A stretch of DNA of 64,000 nucleotides, taken from the NCBI GenBank assembly GCA_963667015.2, contig CAXXJJ010000001.1:1696001-1760000 (forward strand), written 5' to 3'. The stretch comes from Desulfatiglandales bacterium. GTDB lineage: Bacteria > Desulfobacterota > DSM-4660 > Desulfatiglandales > HGW-15. A program made the translations under genes and the position numbers. The notes under the pieces are model-generated. The model was given only the letters and a program-made list of their open reading frames with translations, searched no databases and was not told the DNA's origin. Position 1 is the first letter of the stretch. Every line of letters begins with the position of its first letter. Of this stretch, positions 1 to 9,747 are shown piece after piece.

Positions 1-322
1 CGTCAAGTGGTTGAATTTCCAGTTTTATTGGCGCTGAAGCTTCATCTTTTCCCCTGAATTCCATGGATATATTCTCATTACTTATGTTGAGAGGTTCTTT
101 GCCCCTGTTTTGTACAAGAAGGTTGAATATAATTTTATCCTCAATATATTTGAACTTCGTGTAAAGAGTAAGAGTTATCGTGTGTTTTTTCTCGGATATA
201 ACAGCGCCATTGTAATCCACCTTTTGCATTAATGAGGGCTTTGCGACAGTCTTGATTTTGCCTGCACAGCTTTGAAGCAGTACAACTGATAAAAAAAGCA
301 TTAAGTACAATTTTATTTTCAT
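1..322 (-). CDS. Lipoprotein, N-terminal part (truncated by window edge); paralog of 4233..4943; not in ORF track
   Basis: ATG at 322 after GGGGA RBS; translates MKIKLYLMLFLSVVLLQSCAGKIKTVAKPSLMQKVDYNGAVISEKKH..., lipobox LQSC; colinear with 4622..4943. Confidence 0.9.
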   Translation of the reverse strand, partial: MKIKLYLMLFLSVVLLQSCAGKIKTVAKPSLMQKVDYNGAVISEKKHTITLTLYTKFKYIEDKIIFNLLVQNRGKEPLNISNENISMEFRGKDEASAPIKLEIQPLD

Positions 323-334
323 TTCAATCCCCTG

Positions 335-3300
335 TTATTGCTCTGTGCCTATACTCTCCAGTACCCCTACTATATCCTTCCACCCGTTCCTTTCTGCGAG
401 GGTGAGGGCTGTATATGGTGAATCTTTAATATTTGCTACAGCGTTTATGTCTGAACCCCATTCGCAAAGGTATTTTACTATTTCACTGTGGCCGTTCTGG
501 GCTGCTGCCATAAGAGCAATAGATCCATCCATTGCCTTGATGTCAGTCTCTGCTCCATTTTCTACAAGAAATTTTACAGTATTAGTATGCCCGTTCTGGG
601 CTGCCATCCATAGACCTGTTCTCCCGTCATCCCTTTTAGGGTTCAGATAAGCGCCCTTTTCAACAAGGAGTTTAACCACATCAATATGCCCTTCCTGGGC
701 AGCTATCCAGAGGGCAGTTACACCGTCCTTTGCTCTCCGGTTAACCATGGCGCCTTTTTCAATAAGGATATCCACTACCTCACGATTACCTATTTCTGAT
801 GCAACCATCAGGATAGTCGCACCGTTTTTCTTGTTACGCACTACAACTTCGGCTCCGTTTTCCAGGAGGTATCTTAAGATAGGGCCGTGACTCCCTATAA
901 GAGAATTCCACAATGCAGTTGTACCGTCTTTGGCTTTTGCATTTATGTCTGCCCCTTTTTGCACCAGGAATCTTACCAGGTCCAGGTCCCCCCGGTTTAC
1001 TGCCAGCATCAGGGCTGTGGTTCCGTCATACAGCTTTGCATTTATATTTGCACCATGCTCTATAAGAAGTCTGGCTATTTCCATGTGTCTATTTTCCAGC
1101 GCCCAGATAAGAGCGGTCATACCATGGAGTGTTTTAACATTGACCCGGGCGCCTCTATCCAGAAGACTTTTGACAAGATTGGTCATGCCATGCTTTGATG
1201 CCATCATGAGCGGTGTTTCATTTAGAGAGTTTGATACACCGTTTATGTCAGCCCCTTTGTCACAAAGATACGTTGCAGTCTGTTCATGGCCGTTGTACAA
1301 TGCAAGCCAGAATGCTGTTACTACATGTTTTATAGAAGTAACTTCTGTGTAATTTTTTGGTGCTCCTCCATCGATTATGGGGGTATCTATTCTGGCATTG
1401 TTTTCTACAAGGAGTTTTACTATTTCAAAATGTCCGTTCTCTGCGGCAGCCGCGAGAGCTGTCATATTCCTGGATTCTGAAGCATGATTTACCTCTGCGT
1501 CATTTTCTATCAGCAGCTTTACAATATCAGTATGCCCGTTTTGAGAGGCTATCCAGAGGGGGGCGGTGAAGTCTCGATCCTTTTTATTAACGTCTGCATT
1601 ATTTTTTATAAGAAGCTCAGCAATATCAGTATGCCCGTTCTGGGCAGCAACCCATAGAGCAGTTGTTCCGTTTCTGCCTCTTGAATTTACCCTTGCATGG
1701 TTTTCAATAAGGAGTTTTACAACATCAGTGTGACCATTGAGTGATGCTATCCACAGGGCAGCGCCGGATCCCAGTACTGCCATTACTTCGTTCTCTTTTA
1801 GATCCAGGAAGTTGCCTATCTTTTCCCATGCCTTCTTCACAGCATCGACCTCAAAATCTAACATATTGACAATTATTTTTAAATCATCTTCCTCTATTAT
1901 AGAATAATTCATCTGCAACCGAGACATTGTTCTGTTACGGAGCTCAAATCTCTTTTCTTCCGGGGTCTTTTCCCTCGCTGTATCTTCCAGTGTTAACTGA
2001 TCATTTGCACCTTCCCTGTTTTTAACGTTGGCCTTTGCCCCGTTTTCCAGAAGTATTTTTACAATGTCTGCATACCCGTTTTGAGCGGCTATCCAGAGGG
2101 CTGAACCTCCGTTAAACTTGTTTTTCTTTCTTACATCAGCGCCTTTTAAAATTAGAAATTCAACAATATCCCTGTACCCTCCCTGGGATGCAAGCATAAG
2201 AGCGGTGGCGCCGTCTGTTTTTCTTCTGCTGTTAACATCAACCCCTTTTTCTGTTAAATGTTTTACGACGTCAAGATGTCCCTTTTTACTTGCCCACATC
2301 AGGGCTGCAACACTATCAATATTATCAAGGTTTGATTCTCCGAAATATTCAAGAAGCTGTTCCTTAAGGGGGCGGTCAGCAATCTTTCGAGATTTTTGGT
2401 CTGATTTTAAAGAAGAGAGAGATTTCTTTTTATCAGGCAAGTTAAAGGTGATGGAATTTATATCAAAGAGTGAAGGGTCAATCGATCGGAATGAATCAGT
2501 ATCCTGCAGGGTTTCGATTACTGCAACCGAAGAAATACGACGGTTTAGAAAATTGTCGGCCTGTATTGCTCCGCCAATAATCCCTCTGACGATTTTGACC
2601 GGTTTTGTCCGGTCTATTGTAGTTCCATCGCCTAACTGTCCCAGATAATTTGAGCCTGTCATCTGAAGACTGCTGTCGCTTTTTACAAAAACAGTGTGGG
2701 AGCCTCCGGCTGATATCTGGATTACATTATCGGAAATCCGTGCCGGGGTATTCTGTATCTCGGGAAGACCGCCACCAAGCTGTCCGGAAAAATTTGCACC
2801 CATACCCCACAGCGTGCCATCGCTTTTTAAAAACAGGCTGTGATTGAATCCTCCTGCAATCTGAACTATTCCTGCGGCTATCCCAACAGGTGTTTTCAGG
2901 TCTGCTGTTGTTCCGTTACCAAGCTGGCCATACCTGTTAAAACCCATCCCCCAGAGAATGCCATATTTTCCTAAAAACAGGGTGAAAGAATTTCCCGCTG
3001 ACACGCGAACAACACCTGTTGCTATCGAACCGGGAATATTAGTTTTTCCGCCAAAATTGTCCCCAAGCTGGCCGGAATAATTTGCGCCCATGCCCCACAG
3101 GCTTCCATCCTTTTTTATGAAAAGGCTGTGAGCGCTTCCTGCAGCTATTTGTGTAACATTATTATCAATGAGTACTGGTTTGTTTTTATTGATAAATGTT
3201 CCGTCTCCGAGCTGGCCGTCTTCATTCCAGCCCATTCCCCATAAACTTCCATCATTTTTAATAAACAGGCTGTGAAAAACGCCTGCTGTAACCTGTATTA

Positions 3301-3763
3301 CACCGGAAGCAACCAGCACGGGTTTATTCCTGCTTATATTTGTACCGTCTCCAAGCTGACCATATTTGTTGTATCCCATGGCCCAGAGGGTACCATCCTT
3401 TTTTAAAAACAGACTGTGGGCATTACCTGCAGCAGCCTGTACTGCATCGGAAGCCACCTTTGCGGGCGTGCTTCGTGTATCAGTTGTACCGTCGCCAAGC
3501 TGCCCTTTATTGTTATAGCCCACGCTCCAGAGGGTGCCGTCTTTTTTGATATAGAGAGTGTGATACAGTCCTGCATCTATTCCGGTGGGAAGGGCTTTAA
3601 GTATTCGCTGGTCAACAGGCTGCTTTTTTGAAGCTGTATTTTTATTTGCTTCTGCGCCATATGCTGTAATATCAACCGGGAGCAAAGAGAAAATCAAAAA
3701 GATGAATAATAATGCAGCATGCCTCATTAAAGGAAATTTTATCGTACCCTGTCTGACGATCAT
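335..3763 (-). CDS. Secreted RCC1-repeat beta-propeller + ankyrin-repeat protein (copy 2)
   Basis: Hydrophobic N-terminal signal; 7 RCC1 repeats (G-x-x-H/F-S/T-L...W-x-x-G-x-N-x-x-GQLGDG); 17 ankyrin repeats (TALxxAxxxGHxxIVxxLxxxGAxVN); GAGGAG RBS. Confidence 0.92.
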   Translation of the reverse strand: MIVRQGTIKFPLMRHAALLFIFLIFSLLPVDITAYGAEANKNTASKKQPVDQRILKALPTGIDAGLYHTLYIKKDGTLWSVGYNNKGQLGDGTTDTRSTPAKVASDAVQAAAGNAHSLFLKKDGTLWAMGYNKYGQLGDGTNISRNKPVLVASGVIQVTAGVFHSLFIKNDGSLWGMGWNEDGQLGDGTFINKNKPVLIDNNVTQIAAGSAHSLFIKKDGSLWGMGANYSGQLGDNFGGKTNIPGSIATGVVRVSAGNSFTLFLGKYGILWGMGFNRYGQLGNGTTADLKTPVGIAAGIVQIAGGFNHSLFLKSDGTLWGMGANFSGQLGGGLPEIQNTPARISDNVIQISAGGSHTVFVKSDSSLQMTGSNYLGQLGDGTTIDRTKPVKIVRGIIGGAIQADNFLNRRISSVAVIETLQDTDSFRSIDPSLFDINSITFNLPDKKKSLSSLKSDQKSRKIADRPLKEQLLEYFGESNLDNIDSVAALMWASKKGHLDVVKHLTEKGVDVNSRRKTDGATALMLASQGGYRDIVEFLILKGADVRKKNKFNGGSALWIAAQNGYADIVKILLENGAKANVKNREGANDQLTLEDTAREKTPEEKRFELRNRTMSRLQMNYSIIEEDDLKIIVNMLDFEVDAVKKAWEKIGNFLDLKENEVMAVLGSGAALWIASLNGHTDVVKLLIENHARVNSRGRNGTTALWVAAQNGHTDIAELLIKNNADVNKKDRDFTAPLWIASQNGHTDIVKLLIENDAEVNHASESRNMTALAAAAENGHFEIVKLLVENNARIDTPIIDGGAPKNYTEVTSIKHVVTAFWLALYNGHEQTATYLCDKGADINGVSNSLNETPLMMASKHGMTNLVKSLLDRGARVNVKTLHGMTALIWALENRHMEIARLLIEHGANINAKLYDGTTALMLAVNRGDLDLVRFLVQKGADINAKAKDGTTALWNSLIGSHGPILRYLLENGAEVVVRNKKNGATILMVASEIGNREVVDILIEKGAMVNRRAKDGVTALWIAAQEGHIDVVKLLVEKGAYLNPKRDDGRTGLWMAAQNGHTNTVKFLVENGAETDIKAMDGSIALMAAAQNGHSEIVKYLCEWGSDINAVANIKDSPYTALTLAERNGWKDIVGVLESIGTEQ

Positions 3764-4232
3764 TTTGCTGGCTCCTCACAGTACCTTTCTGAAAATTGGT
3801 TTAGCCATTAACAGCAGTTATTCCTCTCTTTAATAAAACGAGATATCCTTCTCTGCTGCTAAAATTGAAACAAAAACGATACCCGGAAAATAAAGGGGGG
3901 GGGTATGTTATTGTAACAACTTCAAGTGATAAAAATTATGCCTGTGCGACAGTAATACGGATTTTGATTGATACTGATAATTATTTTGATCTTATTTCAG
4001 CGTGTGGTTTTAACGCCATCATTAAAGACTTTTTTTTGTGGTAAGGCTTTCTTCTCCTTTTTTTATAAATATAAAATGCTATATTTGTTAAAAAAAAATC
4101 AAGACATACATGATTACAATCACTAAAAGAAAATGCTAATTTATTTAATAGCAGGAAATGGATCGCCAATTTCCCGGGTATGACAGATGAGGATTTATCG
4201 CCTAAAGTTACTGTTTATTTAATTTGCTTTTC

Positions 4233-4943
4233 TCAACTGCTCCGGCTGAATACAAACCTGTGCTCCTCCCCTTCAATTGAAATAACAGCATTGAATTCGC
4301 CTTCCACTTTCTCATCTATATCCCCTGTATCGTATATTATCAGTCCGGTTATACTGCGGCCCGGAGTTATTGTCTGCGGTTTAAAAACAAGATACGGAAC
4401 AATTCCTTCAAGCTGTTCGTAGGCTCTAATAGTCTCATCAAGATCGTCTGCTACGGATAATAATCTTGGGGCAAACATTTCTGCTGTAACTGCGGCGCTA
4501 TGCGGATCATAATCATATAAGCTTTCTATCCTATTACCTGTTCGCTCTACATCACCTAATAAGTTAGATATTATCCCGTATTGCGCATTGGAATAATCAT
4601 TTTCCAGGTCTTTCAGAAAGTCGTCAAGAGGTTGAATTTCCAGTGTTTTGGGAACAGAAACTTCTTCCTTTTCCCTGAATTCCATGGATATATTCTCATT
4701 ACCTATCCTGAAAGGTTCTCTTCCCCTGTTCTGTACAAGAAGGGCAAAGATAATTTTATGTTTTATATGTTTGAACTTCGTGTAGTGATTAAGGGCTACC
4801 GTGTGTTTTTTCTCGGAAATAACAGCGCCATTGTAATCCATCTTTTGCATTAAAGACGGCCTTGCGACTGTCTTGATTTTGCCTGCACAGCTTTGAAGCA
4901 GTGCAACTGATAATAAAAGCATTAAGTATAATTTTATTTTCAT
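4233..4943 (-). CDS. Lipoprotein of unknown function, paired with the RCC1-ankyrin protein
   Basis: ATG at 4943 follows GGTGAGG RBS; MKIKLYLMLLLSVALLQSC lipoprotein signal. Confidence 0.85.
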   Translation of the reverse strand: MKIKLYLMLLLSVALLQSCAGKIKTVARPSLMQKMDYNGAVISEKKHTVALNHYTKFKHIKHKIIFALLVQNRGREPFRIGNENISMEFREKEEVSVPKTLEIQPLDDFLKDLENDYSNAQYGIISNLLGDVERTGNRIESLYDYDPHSAAVTAEMFAPRLLSVADDLDETIRAYEQLEGIVPYLVFKPQTITPGRSITGLIIYDTGDIDEKVEGEFNAVISIEGEEHRFVFSRSS

Positions 4944-4999
4944 TTCGATCCTCACCGGTTGAATATGTGATTTTTTTATCTCAATCCCAAAAATACCTG

Positions 5000-7900
5000 T
5001 TAGTGCTCAGTCCCTACACTCTCCAGTACCCCTACGATATCCTTCCACCCGTTTCTTTCTGCGAGTGTGAGGGCTGTATATGGTGTCCCTTCAACTACTG
5101 TTACAGCGTTCATGTCCGAACCCCACTCACAAAGATATTTTACTATTTCACTGTGTCCGTTCTGAGCTGCAGCCATAAGCGCGATAGAGCCGTCTTTTGC
5201 CTTGATATCAGTCTCTGCCCCGTTTTCTGCAAGGAATTTTACAATACCCGTATGTCCGTTCTGGGCTGCCATCCATAGAGCTGTTTTACCGTCTTTCCTC
5301 ACGGGGTTCAGTCCAGCGCCCTTTTCAACAAGGAGTGAAACCACATCCATGTGCCCTTCCTGGGCAGCTATCCAGAGGGCAGTTATACCGTTTTTTGCTT
5401 TCTGGTTAATCCCGGCGCCTTTTTCAATAAGAATATCCACTACTTCACGACTACCTATTTCAGATGCAACCATCAGGATAGTGGCCCCGTTAGTCTTGTT
5501 GCGCACTACAACTTCGGCTCCGTTTTCCAGGAGGTATCTTAAGATAGGGCCGTGACTCCCTATAAGAGAATTCCACAATGCAGTTGTCCCGTTCTTGGCC
5601 TCTGCATTTATGTCCGCCCCATTCTGTATCAGGAATCTTACAAGGTCCAGATCTCCCTGGTTTACGGCCAGCATCAGGGTTGTAGTTCCATCATACAGTT
5701 TTGCATTTACATTTGCGCCATGCTCTATAAGAAGCCTGGCTATCTCCATGTGTCTCATTTCCATCGCCCACATAAGAGCTGTTATGCCGTGGGGTGTTTT
5801 AACATTGACCCGGGCGCCTCTATCCAGAAGACTTTTGACAAGACCGGTCATGCCATGCTTTGATGCCATCATGAGCGGTGTTTCCCTCATGATATTTGAT
5901 ACACCGTTTATGGCAGCCCCTTTTTCACAAAGATATGTTGCAACCTGCTCATGCCCATTGTGCAATGCCAGCCAGAATGCCGTTAATCTATGGGCAACTA
6001 GTATAGGAATTCTGGGTACTCCTCCATTGAATATGGGAGTATCTATTCTGGCATTGTTTTCTACAAGGAGTTTTACTATTTCAAAATGTCCCTTCTCTGC
6101 AGCAGCCGCGAGGGGTGTCATATTTTCGGATATTGAAAAATGATTTACCTCTGCGTCATTTTCTATAAGCAGTTTTACAATATCAGTATGCCCATTTTGA
6201 GCTGCTATCCAGATGGGAGCGGTTAAGTCACTGTCCTTTTTATTAACGTTTGCATCATTTTGTATTAGAATCTCAACAATATCAGTATGCCCGTTTCTGG
6301 CCGCAGCCCATAGAGCGGTTGTTCCATTGGATCCTGTTGAATTTATCTTTGCATTGTGTTCAATAAGGAGTTTTACAACATCAGTGTGACCATTGAGTGA
6401 TGCTATCCACAGGGCAGCACCGGCTTCCAGTTCTGCCATTACTTCGTTCTCTTTTTGATCCAGAAAGTTGCCAATCTTTTCCCATGCCCAGGACACAAGC
6501 CCGGCAGCTGATTTATTTATCAGACCAGTAATTAATCCAATATCTTCTCTCCTCGCATAATACTCTATCTTCAGACGGGCGATTGTTCTTTCACGAAGTT
6601 CAACTCTCTCTTCTTCCGGGGTCTTTTCTCTCTCAATATCGTCCAGAGTTAACTGTTCATTTGCGTCTTTCCTGTTTTTAACGTTGGCCTTTGCCCCGTT
6701 TTCCAATAGGATCTTTACTATGTCAGCGTACCCGTTTTGAGCGGCTATCCAGAGGGCTGAACCTCCGTTAAATCTGTTTTTCTTTCTTACATCAGCGCCT
6801 TTTATGATCAGAAATTCAACAATATCCCTGTGCCCTCCCTGGGATGCAAGCATAAGTGCGGTGGCGCCGTCTGTTTTTTTTCTGCTGTTTACATCAACTC
6901 CCTTTGCTGTTAACTGCTTTACAACATCAAGATGCCCATTTTTGCTTGCCCACATTAAGGCTGCAATACCATCAATATTATCTAAATTGGACTCTCCGAA
7001 ATGTTCAAGAAGCTGTTCCTCAACAGGCCTGTTATCTGCCTGAGATGAGGGTGTTTGAGCAGATTTAAAAGAAGTGGGGGATTCTTTTTTATCAGCCTTG
7101 TTATTGATGGAGTTTATATCAAAGAGTAAAGGGTCAATGGCCCGGAATGAAGCAGTATTTTGGGGGACCTTGATTACAGCATCCGGAGAAATATGACTGT
7201 CCAGAAAACCGTCTGCCAGCATTGTTCCGCCAATAATTCCACTGTCGATCTTCACCGGCCTTGTCCTGTCTATTGTAGTTCCATCGCCTAGCTGCCCGAG
7301 ATAATTTGAACCTGTCATCTGAAGACTGCTGTTGCTTTTTACATAAACAGTGTGGGAACCCCCGGCTGATATCTGTGTTACATTATCGGAAATCCGTGCT
7401 GGTGTATTCTGTATTTGAGGCAGGCCGTCACCAAGCTGTCCGGAGAAATTTGCACCCATACCCCACAGAGTGCCGTCGCTTTTTAAAAACAGGCTGTGAT
7501 TGAATCCCCCTGCAATCTGGACTATTCCTGCTGCAATCTGAACGGGAATTCTTTGGTCTGCTGTTGTACCGTCACCAAGCTGGCCATACCTGTTAAAACC
7601 CATCCCCCAGAGAATGCCGTGTTTTCCTAAAAACAGGGTGAAAGAATTTCCCGCTGACACGCGAACAGCACCTGTTGCTATTGAACCGGGAATATTAGTC
7701 TTTCCGCCAAAATTATCCCCCAGTTGGCCGGAATAATTTGCACCCATGCCCCACAGGCTTCCATCCTTTTTTAGAAAAAGGCTGTGGGCGCTTCCAGCAG
7801 CAATTTGTGCAACATTATTATCAATGAGTATTGGCCTGTTTTGGTTTATGAATGTTCCGTCTCCGAGCTGACCGTCTTCATTCCAGCCCATTCCCCACAG

Positions 7901-8422
7901 GCTTCCATCATTTTTAATAAACAGGCTGTGAAAAACGCCTGCTGTAACCTGTATTACACCGGAAGCAACCAGCAAGGGTTTATTCCTGCTTATATTTGTA
8001 CCGTCTCCAAGCTGACCGTATTTATTGTATCCCATGGCCCACAGGGTGCCATCCTTCTTTAAAAACAGGCTGTGGGCATTGCCTGCAGCTACCTGTGCCA
8101 CATCCGAAGCAATCTCTATGGGTGTGCTTCGGGTATCTGTTGTACCGTCTCCAAGCTGACCGTTATTGTTATAGCCCACGCTCCACAGTGTGCCATCTTT
8201 TTTGATATAAAGAGTGTGATACAGCCCTGCATCTATTCCGGTTGGCAGGGTTTTAAGCTTGTGCTGGTCAACAAGCTGCCTTCCCGAACTAGAGTTTTTC
8301 CCGGTTTCTGCGGCATATAATGCAATATCAACCGAGAGCAAAGAAAAAATCAAAAGGATTAATATTAAAACAGCGTGTATCTTAAAAAGAAATTTCACAG
8401 TACCTTGTCCGTTGTTCCGCAT
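5000..8422 (-). CDS. Secreted RCC1-repeat beta-propeller + ankyrin-repeat protein (copy 1)
   Basis: Same architecture as 335..3763 and clearly paralogous along its whole length; exact start uncertain (GTG at 8398 possible). Confidence 0.92.
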   Translation of the reverse strand: MRNNGQGTVKFLFKIHAVLILILLIFSLLSVDIALYAAETGKNSSSGRQLVDQHKLKTLPTGIDAGLYHTLYIKKDGTLWSVGYNNNGQLGDGTTDTRSTPIEIASDVAQVAAGNAHSLFLKKDGTLWAMGYNKYGQLGDGTNISRNKPLLVASGVIQVTAGVFHSLFIKNDGSLWGMGWNEDGQLGDGTFINQNRPILIDNNVAQIAAGSAHSLFLKKDGSLWGMGANYSGQLGDNFGGKTNIPGSIATGAVRVSAGNSFTLFLGKHGILWGMGFNRYGQLGDGTTADQRIPVQIAAGIVQIAGGFNHSLFLKSDGTLWGMGANFSGQLGDGLPQIQNTPARISDNVTQISAGGSHTVYVKSNSSLQMTGSNYLGQLGDGTTIDRTRPVKIDSGIIGGTMLADGFLDSHISPDAVIKVPQNTASFRAIDPLLFDINSINNKADKKESPTSFKSAQTPSSQADNRPVEEQLLEHFGESNLDNIDGIAALMWASKNGHLDVVKQLTAKGVDVNSRKKTDGATALMLASQGGHRDIVEFLIIKGADVRKKNRFNGGSALWIAAQNGYADIVKILLENGAKANVKNRKDANEQLTLDDIEREKTPEEERVELRERTIARLKIEYYARREDIGLITGLINKSAAGLVSWAWEKIGNFLDQKENEVMAELEAGAALWIASLNGHTDVVKLLIEHNAKINSTGSNGTTALWAAARNGHTDIVEILIQNDANVNKKDSDLTAPIWIAAQNGHTDIVKLLIENDAEVNHFSISENMTPLAAAAEKGHFEIVKLLVENNARIDTPIFNGGVPRIPILVAHRLTAFWLALHNGHEQVATYLCEKGAAINGVSNIMRETPLMMASKHGMTGLVKSLLDRGARVNVKTPHGITALMWAMEMRHMEIARLLIEHGANVNAKLYDGTTTLMLAVNQGDLDLVRFLIQNGADINAEAKNGTTALWNSLIGSHGPILRYLLENGAEVVVRNKTNGATILMVASEIGSREVVDILIEKGAGINQKAKNGITALWIAAQEGHMDVVSLLVEKGAGLNPVRKDGKTALWMAAQNGHTGIVKFLAENGAETDIKAKDGSIALMAAAQNGHSEIVKYLCEWGSDMNAVTVVEGTPYTALTLAERNGWKDIVGVLESVGTEH

Positions 8423-8435
8423 GATGTTTACCCGA

Positions 8436-8465
8436 AAATTAGAAGTAGTATTAGGTTTGTGTCAA
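8436..8465 (-). promoter_or_regulatory. Putative sigma70 promoter for RCC1-ankyrin copy 1
   Basis: TTGACA-18 nt-TAATTT on the minus strand just upstream of the gene. Confidence 0.45.
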
Positions 8466-8647
8466 TCCAATAACTATTGTTTTTGAATTGCTGCGATCAG
8501 CCATTAGCTTTCAGCTTCTGTCCTTTTTTTTCTCTTATTTTATTGTACCTACCTGATCAGCTCCTTGAAAAAATTGTTTTCATTATTCCCCCTCTGTTAA
8601 TAATCCTCGCTTTTCCTTATGTTGTTTTCACAAAAAACAGTGTTGGG

Positions 8648-9535
8648 TTAAAAAGAACCTGATATGTTTATATCCCTTTCAATAGGTTTAACAGGCGTTA
8701 TTCCAGCCTTTGATAAAATGAGCTGTCCTTTTCTGCCTGCCAGGAATGAAATAAAGCCGGTTCCCAGACCTGTGAAAGGCTCATGTGTTATTGCATTAAC
8801 TTCCAGTAACAAATAATCCTCTGTACTTTCGTCATCCAAATATTTGTTGATACGGGTAATAATTTTAATATCTGAAAGTAAATTATCTTTATTATTGATC
8901 CGGCTTTCGTTTACCAGTCCGATTGTAAAAGGATTATTTAAAAGATAACTGATGACATCACTTGTTCGGTCAAGCACATAGGTTGAAGCCGGTGAAACCT
9001 GAGGCACTGTATTATAAATAAGCCTGTCTATATCTGAAGATCCAGGGATAATTATCCTTACAGTGGAACTGTCTTCAAAGGTTTTATCAAGCTGTTTCCA
9101 GTATTGGATTTTGCCTGAAAGAATATTTTTAATGTCTTTACATGATACAGTGCTTACAGGATTTCTTTTACCTGTTACTGCAACGATCCTGTCAAAACCT
9201 AAACTGCATGCAGTAACACTGTGCCCAAAACTTTCCTGAATATATTCTTTCTCTTTTTCAGTCAGGCTGCGGTATAAGACCGCTGTTTGAATTTTATTGG
9301 CTAAAAGCTTTTCTGTAACCGCTTTTTCAGACAGGTAAAGCGGTGTAACCGAAGCCTCGGGATAAACAGCCGTAAACACTGTGACCACGGCATCAATAGC
9401 GGGCATAAGAGATTCATCAACCCCTATTACCAGCTCGCCACCTGTTGGTCTGGATGGCTTACTGTTTTGATTATTATCCCCGCATCCGAACATAAATAAA
9501 AGCAGGCATAGAAAGATAAGTGAATTTGTTTTCAT
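8648..9535 (-). CDS. PstS-like (PBP superfamily) substrate-binding lipoprotein
   Basis: Lipobox MFGC; 'IGVDESLMPAID...F...YPEA' and 'IQYWKQL' segments typical of PstS-like proteins found with TonB operons. Confidence 0.75.
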   Translation of the reverse strand: MKTNSLIFLCLLLFMFGCGDNNQNSKPSRPTGGELVIGVDESLMPAIDAVVTVFTAVYPEASVTPLYLSEKAVTEKLLANKIQTAVLYRSLTEKEKEYIQESFGHSVTACSLGFDRIVAVTGKRNPVSTVSCKDIKNILSGKIQYWKQLDKTFEDSSTVRIIIPGSSDIDRLIYNTVPQVSPASTYVLDRTSDVISYLLNNPFTIGLVNESRINNKDNLLSDIKIITRINKYLDDESTEDYLLLEVNAITHEPFTGLGTGFISFLAGRKGQLILSKAGITPVKPIERDINISGSF

Positions 9536-9732
9536 TCATCACCCTGTGCCTTTGAAAAAGTTCTGTAGATGCGGAATATTCCATAAAGTAGAATGACCGC
9601 ACCAAAAGCGAATCTTGCGTTCCTTGAAAAAGAATTAAAAAAATTAGTAAAAAGAATAATACCAATGGCGATATAATAAAAAGGTATTAACAGGTAAAAA
9701 AATTTGACTATTTTATTTTGTGTACTTAACAT
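9532..9732 (-). CDS. Small two-TM membrane protein
   Basis: Two hydrophobic helices ending LLYGIFRIYR; ATGA overlap with the next gene. Confidence 0.7.
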   Translation of the reverse strand: MLSTQNKIVKFFYLLIPFYYIAIGIILFTNFFNSFSRNARFAFGAVILLYGIFRIYRTFSKAQGDE

Positions 9733-9747
9733 AAATGTCTTCTGGTA

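Larger units (their letters stand above)
1..8422 (-). repeat. Tandem duplication of a ~4.6-kb [RCC1-ankyrin + lipoprotein] unit
   Basis: 1..322 matches 4622..4943 (offset 4621); 335..3763 matches 5000..8422. Confidence 0.92.

Noticed and set aside
3981..4169. 62-aa minus-strand ORF in the inter-cassette spacer
   Set aside because: Low complexity from A/T tracts, no RBS and no counterpart in the other unit.
335..8422. Diversity-generating retroelement or CRISPR array as an explanation for the repeats
   Set aside because: No reverse transcriptase in the window, differences between copies are not adenine-specific, and the repeats are coding with no repeat-spacer structure.
345..8486. Many + strand ORFs antisense to the RCC1-ankyrin genes, some duplicated
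   Set aside because: Shadow ORFs produced by repeat codon structure on the opposite strand; their duplication just follows the tandem duplication.
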